Source: Nitrospirota bacterium (GTDB taxonomy: Bacteria > Nitrospirota > UBA9217). From it: a DNA stretch of 64,000 bases. This document shows, in pieces, positions 10,390-21,241 of this stretch. The DNA lies in the NCBI GenBank assembly GCA_963845065.1, contig CAWJQQ010000009.1, positions 512,001 through 576,000 of the forward strand, read 5' to 3'. The notes below the pieces were generated by a model that did no database searches, was not told where the DNA came from, and was given only the letters and a program-made list of their open reading frames with translations. The position numbers and the translations under genes are program-made. The first letter of the stretch is position 1, and each line of letters opens with the position of its first letter.

Positions 10390-11442
10390 ATGGTGGACAA
10401 CAAGGACAGCGGGCAGAGGCTCAAACTTACATCGCTCAGCCACGGTGCCGGCTGAGCCTGCAAACTTGGTCCAAAGGTTTTGGACGAGATACTCAAGGTT
10501 CTTCCTCATGTTACGGATCCGCATGTGCTCGTCGGAACCGAAGATGACGCTGGCGTCTATCAGTTGAGCGATGAAATAGCTATCGTTCAAACCGTGGATT
10601 TTTTCACGCCCATTGTGGATGATGGCTTCGATTTCGGGGCGATTGCCGCGGCGAACGCATTCTCCGATATCTATGCTATGGGCGCAAAACCACTTACGGC
10701 GCTGAACCTGGTGGCGTTTCCGAAGGATGGGCCACTGAATGTGCTGAGCGATATCATGCGCGGGGGTGCCGAAAAAGCGCAGGAAGCCGGAGTTGTCATC
10801 ATTGGCGGCCACTCCATCGATGATAAGGAACCTAAATACGGCATGGCCGTAATGGGTATCGTGCATCCTGGACGCATAGCGCTGAAGGGCGGTGCGAGGC
10901 CGGGAGACTCGCTCGTATTGACCAAGCCCCTCGGAATCGGCATTATATCAACGGCAATCAAAGTCGGACGTGCATCGGACGAAATGATTGTGACTGCAAC
11001 GCGAACCATGAAAACGTTGAATAAGCTAGCGTCTGATGCCATGGTTGAGGTCGGGGTCAAGGCAGCAACGGACATAACAGGGTTCGGCCTGCTCGGTCAC
11101 CTCCACGAGATGCTGCATATCAGTGGCTTGAGCGCGCGGCTGATGATATCTCAGATACCGGTCATTGAAGGAGTACGGGCGCTCGCGAAATTCAGCATTC
11201 CCGGCGGCACGCGCTCGAACTTGAAATATATGAGTGACAAGGTCATATGGTCCGAAGGAATAGCGGAAGAAGATAAATTGATCCTTGCGGATGCGCAGAC
11301 TTCCGGTGGCCTTTTGATCGCTGTCCCTGCGAACAACCTCGACACGCTTCTCAAGGGACTTGCGGCACGGCGAGTGGAGACGAGTGCTGTGATCGGAGAG
11401 ATCACAGAAGGTAATGTAGGTAAAATCGTGGTCAAACGATGA
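10390..11442 (+). CDS. selD: Selenide, water dikinase SelD, selenocysteine-containing (Sec22, UGA at 10453-10455)
   Basis: Upstream frame MVDNKDSGQRLKLTSLSHGAG-UGA-ACKLGP joins the 10480 ORF in frame; DDAGVY, QTVDFFTP, GGHSIDD, TDITGFGLLGH, DAQTSGGLL. Confidence 0.95.
10465..10488 (+). promoter_or_regulatory. Candidate bacterial SECIS element of selD
   Basis: GTCCAAA-GGT-TTTGGAC hairpin starting 13 nt after the UGA, G-containing apical loop. Confidence 0.7.
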
Positions 11443-11753
11443 TTGGGCGAGCAGGTCATTCCCCCTTTGTAATTCAGGACCAATGGAGTAGCCGGGGAAA
11501 TACTGATTAACCTTTTGGAAGGTGCTTATTGAACTGTGATGGATCTATTTATCGCTCTTACCAAAAACACCCCGTGTAGACGGAGCACGGTCAGGTCACG
11601 GTGGGCGGTTATGCAAGGAAGCAGCCGAAAAGGACCGGGTCACAAACTCGTTACCGACGCAAGTGGTGGGGCTACGGGAACGACATGACGCTGATGCTCA
11701 CCTATGGCGTGGATGTAGATTTGCCGAATCCGCTGCAAGGAGCCAGTTAGGTA

Positions 11754-12551
11754 ATGACGAAGACTATAATTTTCACAGATCTTGACGGGACGCTGCTTCA
11801 CCCAAAAACGTATTCTTTTCAGGAAGCGACATCCGCACTGGAATTGATCAGAGAAAGGGACATTCCTTTAATACTTTGTTCCAGCAAGACGAAAGCAGAG
11901 ATGGAAGTCTACCGGAAGCGATTGAAGAACAAACACCCCTTCATCGTGGAAAATGGGGGTGGCATCTACCTGCCAATGGGATATTTTCCTTTTTTTAGGG
12001 GGCGTGAGAAAGACGAGGACTATATCGTCTGCGAATTAGGCAAAACTTATGAGGAGATCAGAAGGACTTTTATATCCCTTCGCGAAAGTCTGGGGGTATC
12101 CGTAAAAGGCTTCGGTGATATGACTATTGAAGAAATAGCAGCACTAACGGGGCTAGAGAAGGCTGAGGCTACCCTTGCCCAACAGCGGGAGTTCGAAGAA
12201 CCATTTATTTTCGAAATGGGCTTAGATGAACGTTTCCTCAAGGCCATAGAAGAACGAGGACTTAAGTGGACCATTGGGAAATTATATCATCTCATGGGAG
12301 ATTACGATAAGGGGAAGGCCGTTCGTCACCTGAAGCGATGGTATGAAGGAAAATATGGTAAATTTATAACCATAGGGCTTGGCGATGGATTGAACGACCT
12401 GCCCCTCCTAAAGGAAGTAGACTACGCTGTTTTAATCCAGAAAGAGGACGGTAGCTACGATGCGCAGGTCGAGTTACCCAACCTCATCGAAGCGCAGGGC
12501 ATCGGACCAGCTGGATGGAACAAGGCTGTGCTAGAATTGATGAATATATGA
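11754..12551 (+). CDS. gpgP: Glucosyl/mannosyl-3-phosphoglycerate phosphatase (HAD-IIB, GpgP/MpgP)
   Basis: FTDLDGTLL, CSSKT, FIVENGG, QREFEEPF, GLGDGLND; context next to gpgS. Confidence 0.85.
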   Translation: MTKTIIFTDLDGTLLHPKTYSFQEATSALELIRERDIPLILCSSKTKAEMEVYRKRLKNKHPFIVENGGGIYLPMGYFPFFRGREKDEDYIVCELGKTYEEIRRTFISLRESLGVSVKGFGDMTIEEIAALTGLEKAEATLAQQREFEEPFIFEMGLDERFLKAIEERGLKWTIGKLYHLMGDYDKGKAVRHLKRWYEGKYGKFITIGLGDGLNDLPLLKEVDYAVLIQKEDGSYDAQVELPNLIEAQGIGPAGWNKAVLELMNI

Positions 12552-13119
12552 ATCAAGAACCCCTGGTGGAGATATGCCACGGGTCCTCGCGGATGTTAAC
12601 ACCTACCATGCCGCGAAAAGGACGCTTCCATGAGGACAATGTGTTTCACGTCGGCGGAATGCCTACGATCTGGCTGTATTGGACCGAGTCATTGTCATCC
12701 GAGTCGGCAGGGCTACGGGAGCGCATAGTTGAAGATTTTCTGGGTAACGTCGCAACCGAAGGGTTTCACCATTGAAAAGTGTGTACACGGCGGGAAGTTC
12801 GGGACAATAAGGCGGGCAGAGACCGATCCACCCTGTTCCCGATAAGGCAGAAGTGAAAGGAACGCTGCATACAGAGTGCTGCAGGCGTGAAATGAGGCAT
12901 TTACTCAGAGACCTATTTGGAAAACTACGATTCCTAAACCTTTCATCTAAAGGTAGACTCTTTCTGCAATCCGAAACATTACATCAACACATTCCCGACG
13001 GGGCAACAGTTACGGGTCCGCAGATCATTCTTATAGAAGCTGTACCGAGCGGGTGCGGCAGGACGACCTCCGTGAAACTGAGAAAAGCATGGACAGCATC
13101 ATTTCCAGAAAAGAGATAG
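12548..13119 (+). pseudogene. Disrupted gene of unknown family inside the glucosylglycerate operon
   Basis: ATGA overlap with the gpgP stop; protein-like fragments (RFHEDNVFHVGGMPTIWLYWTES; 12853-13119 ORF) in different frames. Confidence 0.45.
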
Positions 13120-14348
13120 CAAAACAGATCGAGAGCGTAAAGGCTGCCGATATACTTGTCGGCATCCCGAGTTACAACAACGCACGGACTATCGGTCATG
13201 TCGTGCGGGCCATTCAGGTTGGTCTCGCCAAATATTTCCCTGATCAAAAATCCGTGCTCGTTGACTCCGACGGCGGGTCAAACGACGGAACCCCGGAAAT
13301 AGTACGGAACACGATTGTTGAAGATTTTCAGTCTATTCTGCTACATCACCGTGTGTCGCCCGTGATCAGGATGACCGTTCCCTACCATGGACTACCAGGC
13401 AAGGGAAGCGCCTTTCGCACGATCTTCGAGATTGCAGTCGCCTTGAACGTCAAGGCTTGTGCCGTGGTAGATTCGGACCTCCGGAGTATCACTCCTGAGT
13501 GGCTTGAGCTGCTGCTCAAGCCGGTGCTTGAAGATGGGGTCGATTTTGTCGCTCCCTTATACCACCGGCACAAGTACGACGGGACGATTACGAACAGCAT
13601 CATTTATCCTCTCACACGGGCGCTTTACGGTAAGCGTGTGCGCCAGCCCATCGGTGGAGATTTTGGTTTTTCCGGTTCCCTTGCGAAACATTATCTTAAC
13701 GAGGATGTGTGGCAGACGGACGTTGCCCGATACGGAATCGACATCTGGATGACTACGCACGCAATCGCCAACAATTACAAAATCGCACAGGCCTTTCTCG
13801 GAGCGAAGATACATGACCCCAAAGACCCGAGCTCGGACCTCTCCTCCATGCTCTACCAAGTAGTAGGCTCGACATTCAGTCTCATGGAGTCATATGCTGA
13901 AATCTGGCAATCAGTAAAGGGCTCGGAAGCGGTTCCGACCTACGGGTTTCTGTACGAGGTGGGACTTGAGCAGGTCAATGTCGACATGACAAAAATGCTC
14001 AGAATATTCAGAGAGGGCGTTCGAAATCTCAGAGATGTATTGCCCTCCGTGGTCGGAAGTGGTGACTTTAGTGAGCTTGAAATGATTGTCACTTCGTCAG
14101 ATGAGAATTTCAGGTTCCCTATCACTTTATGGACCCGGATCGTCTATGACTATGCCCTCGCCTATCACAAAAAAAAGCTCCCCGCCGAACAGCTCCTTAA
14201 GTCGCTGACGCCGCTTTACCTCGGGAAGACAGCTTCCTTCGTACGGGAGATGCAGGATCGGGGTCAGAGTGAGGTGGAGGAGGAGATCGAAAAGCTTTGC
14301 GAGGAATTCGAGGGATACAAGGGACACCTAAGCAAAAACTGGATGTAG
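13089..14348 (+). CDS. Glucosylglycerate synthase-like glycosyltransferase (Ggs/Mgs-type GT-A)
   Basis: VGIPSYNNA, DSDGGSNDGT, GKGSA, VDSDLRSITPEW, RHKYDGTITN, RQPIGGDF, YGIDIW, KIHD. Confidence 0.8.
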   Translation: MDSIISRKEIAKQIESVKAADILVGIPSYNNARTIGHVVRAIQVGLAKYFPDQKSVLVDSDGGSNDGTPEIVRNTIVEDFQSILLHHRVSPVIRMTVPYHGLPGKGSAFRTIFEIAVALNVKACAVVDSDLRSITPEWLELLLKPVLEDGVDFVAPLYHRHKYDGTITNSIIYPLTRALYGKRVRQPIGGDFGFSGSLAKHYLNEDVWQTDVARYGIDIWMTTHAIANNYKIAQAFLGAKIHDPKDPSSDLSSMLYQVVGSTFSLMESYAEIWQSVKGSEAVPTYGFLYEVGLEQVNVDMTKMLRIFREGVRNLRDVLPSVVGSGDFSELEMIVTSSDENFRFPITLWTRIVYDYALAYHKKKLPAEQLLKSLTPLYLGKTASFVREMQDRGQSEVEEEIEKLCEEFEGYKGHLSKNWM

Positions 14349-14364
14349 CAAAAGGGGGTGTGCA

Positions 14365-15063
14365 ATGCTGAATTTTTTTGAATTGATTCTTGACCGGTTC
14401 AAGGAGATATATATACAATTCGTCAACTTCTTTCCTAATTTACTCACCATGCTGATCATCATCATGATTGGCATTTTTCTGGCGCGACTCATTCGCATTA
14501 TCCTGATCAAGATACTCGCGGCGATCAGGTTCGACAGCTGGAGTGACCGGATGGGGCTGACTTCGGTGATGAGAAAAGGAGACATGTGGACTAAACCGAC
14601 AGCGGCTGTCGGCACCTTCATGTACTGGCTCTTGATCATCGTCTCGTTCATGGCGGGTTTGAGCGCTATGCAGGTTCGCGCAATTGACAGTCTCATATCG
14701 CAATTTGTACTCTATCTTCCACGGGTACTTTCGGCCATTGTTATCCTTGTTTTCGGGTATATAGTGACAGGGTTCATCGGCAGGGCGGTCCTGATTTCCG
14801 CCGTAAACCGTGGGTATGCGTTTGCACGACTCCTTGGCGAAGCAGTGCGGCTCCTGATGATCGTCTTGTTAATCGCGATGGCCCTGGAACAGCTCGAGGT
14901 GGCGCCGAGCATCGTGACGGCGGCATTTTCGATCATCTTCGGGGGTATTGTGCTGGCTTTGGCCATTGCCTTCGGCGTCGGCGGCATCGAGGCCGCAAAA
15001 AACATCATCGAGAAGGAGGGGGAGAAAAAGGAAGAGGGCAAGCGAGATATCGAGCATATTTGA
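14365..15063 (+). CDS. TM-helix repeat / MscS-associated membrane protein (CmpX-like)
   Basis: Two PxLL/PRVL-AIVIL TM repeats; LALAIAFGVGG; no MscS cytoplasmic domain. Confidence 0.7.
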   Translation: MLNFFELILDRFKEIYIQFVNFFPNLLTMLIIIMIGIFLARLIRIILIKILAAIRFDSWSDRMGLTSVMRKGDMWTKPTAAVGTFMYWLLIIVSFMAGLSAMQVRAIDSLISQFVLYLPRVLSAIVILVFGYIVTGFIGRAVLISAVNRGYAFARLLGEAVRLLMIVLLIAMALEQLEVAPSIVTAAFSIIFGGIVLALAIAFGVGGIEAAKNIIEKEGEKKEEGKRDIEHI

Positions 15064-15072
15064 GGAGGCAGC

Positions 15073-16281
15073 ATGACGGACTTTTACCAGACAGGCATCA
15101 TCACCACGCTCCATAATCTAGGGAAATCATCTTTCGACCGACTGGAACAGGAACTGAGCGATTACGCCCGGACTCGGCCCATCGCACTTGTGCTGCCAGC
15201 GCTTTATTCTGAGTTCGATGGCCCGGCCATGCCGGGGATCGTTGCGGAACTCGCGAAAGTGAAATATCTTAAGGAAGTCGACCTTGTTCTCGACTTGGCT
15301 TCGGAAAAGGAGTTTTTGCGGGTGAAGGAATTCCTCTCGCCCATCGCTACCGATGTCAAGATCATCCATAACGATGGGAAACGGATCAACGAGATCTATC
15401 ATACCTTGGCGCGGAATAAGATGGACGTCGGGCAGCGCGGGAAAGGACGCTCGGTCTGGCTTGCGTACGGTTATGTGCTCGCCCGAGGATTGTCGGATAT
15501 TATTGCACTCCATGACTGCGATATCGTCACCTACAGTCGTGAGTTGCTGGCGAGGCTTTGCTATCCGGTGGCGAATCCTAACCTGGACTACGCATTCTGC
15601 AAAGGGTACTATAGCAGGGTTACGGACCGGATGCACGGCCGGGTAACGCGGCTGCTCATAACTCCTCTTATCCGATCTATCGAGATTATCCAGGGTCGAC
15701 ACGATTTTTTGAGCTTTCTGGACAGCTTTCGCTATCCTCTTGCGGGGGAATTTTGCATGAACGCGGATATGGCACGCGTGAACAGAATCCCCTGGGACTG
15801 GGGGCTTGAGGTGGGTTCCCTAGCCGAAGTCTACCGGAATTATTCACCGCGCAGGGTCTGCCAGGTCGATATTGCTGCGACCTATGAACACAAGCACCAA
15901 GCGCTCTCCGACGAAGACCCCACGAAAGGTCTGATGAAGATGACAGTCGACATCTGCAAGTCTATCTTCAGGACCATGGCCTCCGAAGGTGTCATTTTGT
16001 CCGACGAATTTTTCAAGACCCTTTCAGTTGCGTACTTGCGGCAAGCCGAGGACACTATAGTAAAGTTTGAGGCCGATGCCGCAATAAATGGCCTACTTTT
16101 CGACCGGCACGAGGAGGCAAAAGCGGTTGAAGCGTTCACCTGGGCTATCGGAATTGCCGCCCAAGCGTACCGGGAGGACCCTCTGGCCATGCCGCTCATT
16201 CCGAACTGGAACCGTGTAACCTCGGCAATTCCCGGCATTCTAGAGATGCTCAAAAAAGCGGTCGATGAAGACAATAAGTAA
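15073..16281 (+). CDS. gpgS: Glucosyl-3-phosphoglycerate synthase
   Basis: MTDFYQTGIITTLH, GKGRSVW, LHDCDI, KGYYSRV, GRVTRL, FRYPLAGEF, WGLEVG, YEHKHQ. Confidence 0.88.
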   Translation: MTDFYQTGIITTLHNLGKSSFDRLEQELSDYARTRPIALVLPALYSEFDGPAMPGIVAELAKVKYLKEVDLVLDLASEKEFLRVKEFLSPIATDVKIIHNDGKRINEIYHTLARNKMDVGQRGKGRSVWLAYGYVLARGLSDIIALHDCDIVTYSRELLARLCYPVANPNLDYAFCKGYYSRVTDRMHGRVTRLLITPLIRSIEIIQGRHDFLSFLDSFRYPLAGEFCMNADMARVNRIPWDWGLEVGSLAEVYRNYSPRRVCQVDIAATYEHKHQALSDEDPTKGLMKMTVDICKSIFRTMASEGVILSDEFFKTLSVAYLRQAEDTIVKFEADAAINGLLFDRHEEAKAVEAFTWAIGIAAQAYREDPLAMPLIPNWNRVTSAIPGILEMLKKAVDEDNK

Positions 16282-17830
16282 GGAAAATGAGGTGCTGGTC
16301 CATATCCATGAGTTTCAAGTTGTAATTACCCACAAAGACGAGCGAATGCTTGCTATTCGGCTTGAGGCTGGCCGCCATCTGTATAATGCCTGCCTTGGCG
16401 AAGCACAGAAACGTCTTGCTGCGATGCGTCGGTCTGAAAAATGGCTCACTGCGATTAGAAAGAAGAAAAGCAAGCTGCGCACCAAAATGTTTAAAGAAGC
16501 CAGAAACCAAACCAACCATACCGAATACAGCCTCCATGAGTACGTCGGCGTTCTTTGCAACTCTTGCTGGATCGGCGACCATATCGATAGCCTGACTGCC
16601 CAAAAATTAGCGACCAGGGCATACAAAGCCGTAGCCGACTACGAGTTTGACAACCATGGCAAGCCCCGGTTCAAGCGCCATGGCTGGATATCGTCACTTG
16701 AGGGCAAAAACAACGCATCCGGGATACGGTGGTGCGATGATCATGTCGAGTGGTCTGGACTTAACCTCAGCTGTCTCTTCGATCACAAGGACAAGTTCGG
16801 TGTCCAGGCTCACGCGCTTAGCCATGAAGTCAAATATGTCCGGCTGGTCAAGAAGACGATCCGTGGCAACCCCCGCTGGTTTGCCCAACTCGTTCTGAAG
16901 GGCACGGCTAAGGTCAAGCGAGAGAACCAGATCGGTACCGGGACTGTTGGTTTAGACATCGGTCCGTCCACAGGCGCTATCGTTGGCGATACCGATGCCC
17001 GGCTCGTTGAATTTTGTCCAGAAGTCGAGATTCCGTACAAACAAATCAGGGTTGTGCAGCGCAAGAGGGACAGAAGTCTTAGAGCCACTAATCCAGATAA
17101 CTACAACGAGAATGGCACAATCAAGTCCGGCAAAAAGCAGTGGGTCTTCTCCGCTCAATACCGCGCTCTAAAAGCTGTGTTGGCAGAGCTTAAGCGGGTC
17201 CTCGCTGCAACGAGAAAACGATCTCATGGAAAGCCTGCCAATGAGATTCTTAAGCTCGGAACTAACATTAAAACCGAGAAACTTTCGTACGAAGCCTTTC
17301 AAAGAACATTTGGCAAAAGCGTATCAAGACGCGCTCCGTGTATGTTGATGCTTCGCCGCAAAGCCGAAAACGCTGGCGGCCAGATAATCGAATTCCCTAC
17401 CCAGAGCACGAAACTTTCAAAGACATGCCACTGCGGTGAAGTTAAATAGAAGCCCCTCTCAAAGCGGCAACACGTTTGCGCATGTGGTGCGGATGCATAG
17501 CGCGATCTATATTCCGCATTTTTCGCAAAGTACGTTTCGAACGATGTCCTCAACACACGCCAGGCTCTAGTAGCCTGGCCGGGTGCAAACCTGCTCCTGG
17601 AACGGGCGGTGTTGAGGCTGCAGCAGGAGGCGGCGATAGGCCGGATTCATCCGGCCAGCTTCGGTCTCGCGCGAGCAACGAAGGCATGTACAAGCGCAGA
17701 CCGGCGACAGAGCAGCTCGCCCGTTTAAAAAGAATCAACGACAGTCGAGGCTGGCAATGTTTGTGTTGTTGCCAGAGAGACTGTCGGTATTGCCGTCAGA
17801 ACCCCCTGTTTTAACTATGGGGAGTGGTCA
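16282..17830 (+). mobile_element. tnpB: IS200/IS605-family tnpB element copy 1, pseudogene (TAG at 17447 and 17498); left end and tnpA absent
   Basis: LYNACLGE, GKPRFK, GLDIGPST (RuvC-I), TEKLS (RuvC-II), LSKTCHCG...CACG zinc finger, RDLYSA (RuvC-III) after the stop; right end ...GGGGAGTGGTCA. Confidence 0.9.
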
Positions 17831-17860
17831 GAATGCGAGGGCAACGAAAAGGAGGATCAT

Positions 17861-18010
17861 ATGTTGTGGACAATCGCTGCAGTACTGATAATTCTTTGGC
17901 TGTTCGGCTTAGTGAGTAGTTACACGATGGGTGGGTTTATCCATATTTTGCTCGTGATCGCAATTGTTGTGGTTTTGATCAGAATCATTCAGGGACGAAA
18001 AATTATATAG
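17861..18010 (+). CDS. lmo0937/DUF5670 family small membrane protein (49 aa, absent from the ORF track)
   Basis: MLWTIAAVLIILWLFGLVSSYTMGGFIHILLVIAIVVVLIRIIQGRKII; AGGAGG RBS. Confidence 0.88.
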   Translation: MLWTIAAVLIILWLFGLVSSYTMGGFIHILLVIAIVVVLIRIIQGRKII

Positions 18011-18520
18011 TCAAGGCGGACGCCCCAAACAAGGGGCATCTGCCCTATGTCCGAAACAGTAGGTTTTTTACTTTTGCCAAGTCCTTTACCATGCGGTCTC
18101 GTAAGATACTTGTAACAGACCCGCCCCGGTACAGTCCCTTACCCCATGGATCTTCTAATTATTTTACTGCATGCTGAAGAATTGTTCAGTCTAGAGATCG
18201 ACGCTTGCTTGGACTCTATCCTCGTGGCAGCTCTCAGCCGGTTCAGTAAAACATCACGGATTGCGATATGCTATTGCTAGAAGCGGAAACCGAGTCGTCA
18301 TCTCGGCGGCATCATGCCTCAGCACGACTTTTCGCGCAACATGGGCTGGCTAACCGTTGCTGGCGGCGTATGTGCGGGGCTATGCCACGTTTTTCAAATA
18401 TAACTTCCTCCCTCTTGATTGCGAGAATGTTGCGCGTTCTGCTTGACTTCACGCAGCACGTCTGTTATGTTCAACATGAAAAATTAAAGCATATGCTCAC
18501 ATGCCCTGAGGAGACTCACA

Positions 18521-19144
18521 ATGCAGTCTGATGATGTTTTGTCTATGCACAATGAAACCTTAAAAACGATCAACGACCGTCACAGCGTCAGGTTGTTCAC
18601 CAAAGATGACGTAACCAAAGATGAGATCGATGTCCTCCTTTATGCTGCAAACGCAGCGCCGTCGGCTCACAACCAGCAGGCGTGGAGGTTCATTATCCTT
18701 CGGGGTGAGAAGAAACAGGAACTGGCGCAGCTCGTGACCACCCAATCAGCGTTTTTCCCGAGGCCGGCAGCGGCACTTCTCCGCATGGGCGCAAAGAGCA
18801 TTATCTCCGCGCCCGTCGTGATTGCCGTGGTAAACACCGGGGACCTAATCAGGCATGGTACTGAGCTTTTCAAGGTCGCAAAGGAGACGGCACACGATTT
18901 TTTCCGGACAATGGAAATACAGAGCTCTGCTGCTGCAGTGGAGAACATCCTGATCGCCGCGACATCCCTAGGAATCGGCACGGTCTGGCTCGGGGTACTC
19001 TATCTCATCAAAGATGAAGTGCTTCGGTTCCTTGGAGAGCCTGAAGGCGAGTTTATGGCCGTGGTGCCGGTGGGCCGTCCTGCCAAGGCTGGCAACGGAC
19101 CGAATAAGCAGCCCGTCGAGATGAAGGTAAAGTTATTGGGCTGA
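18521..19144 (+). CDS. Nitroreductase family protein
   Basis: RHSVRLF, APSAHNQQAWRF, ENILIAATSLGIGTVW. Confidence 0.9.
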   Translation: MQSDDVLSMHNETLKTINDRHSVRLFTKDDVTKDEIDVLLYAANAAPSAHNQQAWRFIILRGEKKQELAQLVTTQSAFFPRPAAALLRMGAKSIISAPVVIAVVNTGDLIRHGTELFKVAKETAHDFFRTMEIQSSAAAVENILIAATSLGIGTVWLGVLYLIKDEVLRFLGEPEGEFMAVVPVGRPAKAGNGPNKQPVEMKVKLLG

Positions 19145-19528
19145 GCCGGGTTCCTGCTTGGCAATGGCAGAATCTTCAGCTTGCGTAATGTTTCAACGTA
19201 GAACAACTTATTATCAGCAAACTCACGAGCAGCAGAGCCCTTGTCTTTCTACTCGGGGGACTTCAATCACGCCTGCTTCCAATAAGCGAAATCCTTCTCT
19301 AGTCATGTTGCCCTCCGTTATATCGACGCCCAACTCGGATTGTTCTGAGCGCACCATAAGTTTATCAATCTTTTTAAAAATATTTCATAGTACAAACGTC
19401 GGCTAAGCGTCTCTGCGTCAATCATGAGGCTTTTGCGTCCGTCTCGCCTCCCTTTTCCCGATGCTATAATGATTAGTAGCACGGATGCCTGGTAAAGGAA
19501 TCTTAGGGACTCGTGAGTGGAGGATTAT

Positions 19529-19984
19529 ATGATAAAGCATACGATTTATTTTGCATTTACAGCAGCTTTGATTATGATTGATCATCCCGGCCATGCTGCT
19601 GACGCGACTACGCAGGAATTGAACAAAATGATCGTGAAAGACTTTTACGAATTGGCGATCAACAAAAAAGATTTTGAGGCCGCTTCAAAGTACCTTGGTC
19701 CGCGGTACATTCAGCATAATCAGAGGTCAGCAGATGGCGCCGACGGTTTGAAAGATTTTATACAGTTCCTGCACATCAAATTTCCAGACGCGCACAGCGA
19801 GATCAAACGAATATTCGCCGATGGAGACTATGTGATACTGCATGTGCACGCGGTGAGAGAACGAGGTACGCGCGGCGTTGCCGTTGTCGATATATTCAGA
19901 CTGCAGGACAGGAGGATCGTCGAGCATTGGGACGTTCATGAGGACATACTGGAGAAAGCGGCTAATCTGAATGGCATGTTTTAA
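19529..19984 (+). CDS. SnoaL-like / NTF2-fold protein with signal peptide
   Basis: YIQHN, ADGDYVILH, VVDIFRL, IVEHWDV. Confidence 0.85.
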   Translation: MIKHTIYFAFTAALIMIDHPGHAADATTQELNKMIVKDFYELAINKKDFEAASKYLGPRYIQHNQRSADGADGLKDFIQFLHIKFPDAHSEIKRIFADGDYVILHVHAVRERGTRGVAVVDIFRLQDRRIVEHWDVHEDILEKAANLNGMF

Positions 19985-20191
19985 CAGGTTTCTCAGAGAT
20001 GCTTCTTTGAAGATAAATGTTGTGCATGTTATTGTTCGGGAAACCGTAGTTCAGCAGGTCCGCATGAAAAAGAAAATAGCTGATAATCTAAACCACCGGT
20101 ACGAATACGAAAAATATTATTCTGAAATTCAGGATCGAAATTGATGATTTGCACTGAACAGCCGTGAAGTCTACTTACAGGGAGGATAAAA

Positions 20192-20584
20192 ATGGAAACT
20201 CAGGATCGTTACCGGCGAGGATGGGAGAAACTCAAAGAAATAGACGGCGAAGCGGGTGAGCGCGTCGTCGAGAGTCTAAAGGATATTGCACCGGATTTCG
20301 CACGGTATTTAATCGAATTCCCTTTTGGGGATATCTACTCCCGTCCCATTCTTGACCTCAAGTCCCGGGAGATCGCCGTCGTCGCGGCGTTGACCGCTCT
20401 CGGGAATGCAGCCCCCCAGCTAAAGGTGCACATCCATGGCGCGATAAATGTAGGATGCACACGTCAGGAAGTTGTTGAAGTGATCATGCAGATGGCGGTC
20501 TATGCAGGGTTCCCAGCTGCCTTGAATGGCTTGTTCGCGGCGAAGGAGGTATTTGATGAACGCGATCGAAAGGGGATGACCTGA
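20192..20584 (+). CDS. Carboxymuconolactone decarboxylase family protein
   Basis: [36 protein letters not shown]. Confidence 0.92.
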   Translation: METQDRYRRGWEKLKEIDGEAGERVVESLKDIAPDFARYLIEFPFGDIYSRPILDLKSREIAVVAALTALGNAAPQLKVHIHGAINVGCTRQEVVEVIMQMAVYAGFPAALNGLFAAKEVFDERDRKGMT

Positions 20585-20695
20585 TGCTCGCAAACTAAGC
20601 CTTTTCATTTTCCCGGAAGCTGATCGCAGCAGAGAAAAAAGAGAATCCCTTCGACCAGATTGTCCTGACGCAACGACGTTGTCACAGACTGTGGA

Positions 20696-21217
20696 ATGAG
20701 GAGAGGCCTTACTGTGATAGATCGTGACACACCAGTTACAACTGCTGTGCGGATACTGAGGAGTGCCGGCGTTCTATTCGTCCCGCATTTTTATGACTAT
20801 GTTGTTCATGGCGGAACGAAACATGCGTCTGCGTCGCTCGGCGTGAGCGAGCACGCAGTGGTGAAAACTCTGGTGATGGAGACTCATGATGCCGAGCGGA
20901 AGAAGGCTTTTCTTGTACTTATGCACGGCGACCGAGAGGTTTCTACCAAACAAATGGCTCGACTCCTGGGCGTGAAAGCCGTGTATCCTGCCAGCGAAGC
21001 TGATGTGGAAAAATACACGGGCTACATTACGGGCGGCGTAAGCCCCTTCGGCACGCGCACACCTCTCACGCTATATGTCGAAGAAACCATTTTGGGCCTT
21101 GAAAAGATCTACATAAATGGCGGTAAGCGCGGGTTCTTGGTAGAGATACAGGCAACAGAGCTCACCCGGGTTCTCAGCGCGATCCCGATCAGGATCGGAA
21201 TCGAAAAGCGTGGCTAA
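20696..21217 (+). CDS. ybaK: Cys-tRNA(Pro) deacylase, YbaK/EbsC family
   Basis: VVKTLV, TGYITGGVSPFG, INGGKRG. Confidence 0.88.
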   Translation: MRRGLTVIDRDTPVTTAVRILRSAGVLFVPHFYDYVVHGGTKHASASLGVSEHAVVKTLVMETHDAERKKAFLVLMHGDREVSTKQMARLLGVKAVYPASEADVEKYTGYITGGVSPFGTRTPLTLYVEETILGLEKIYINGGKRGFLVEIQATELTRVLSAIPIRIGIEKRG

Positions 21218-21241
21218 GATGTTTTATTATACGAGACTTTA

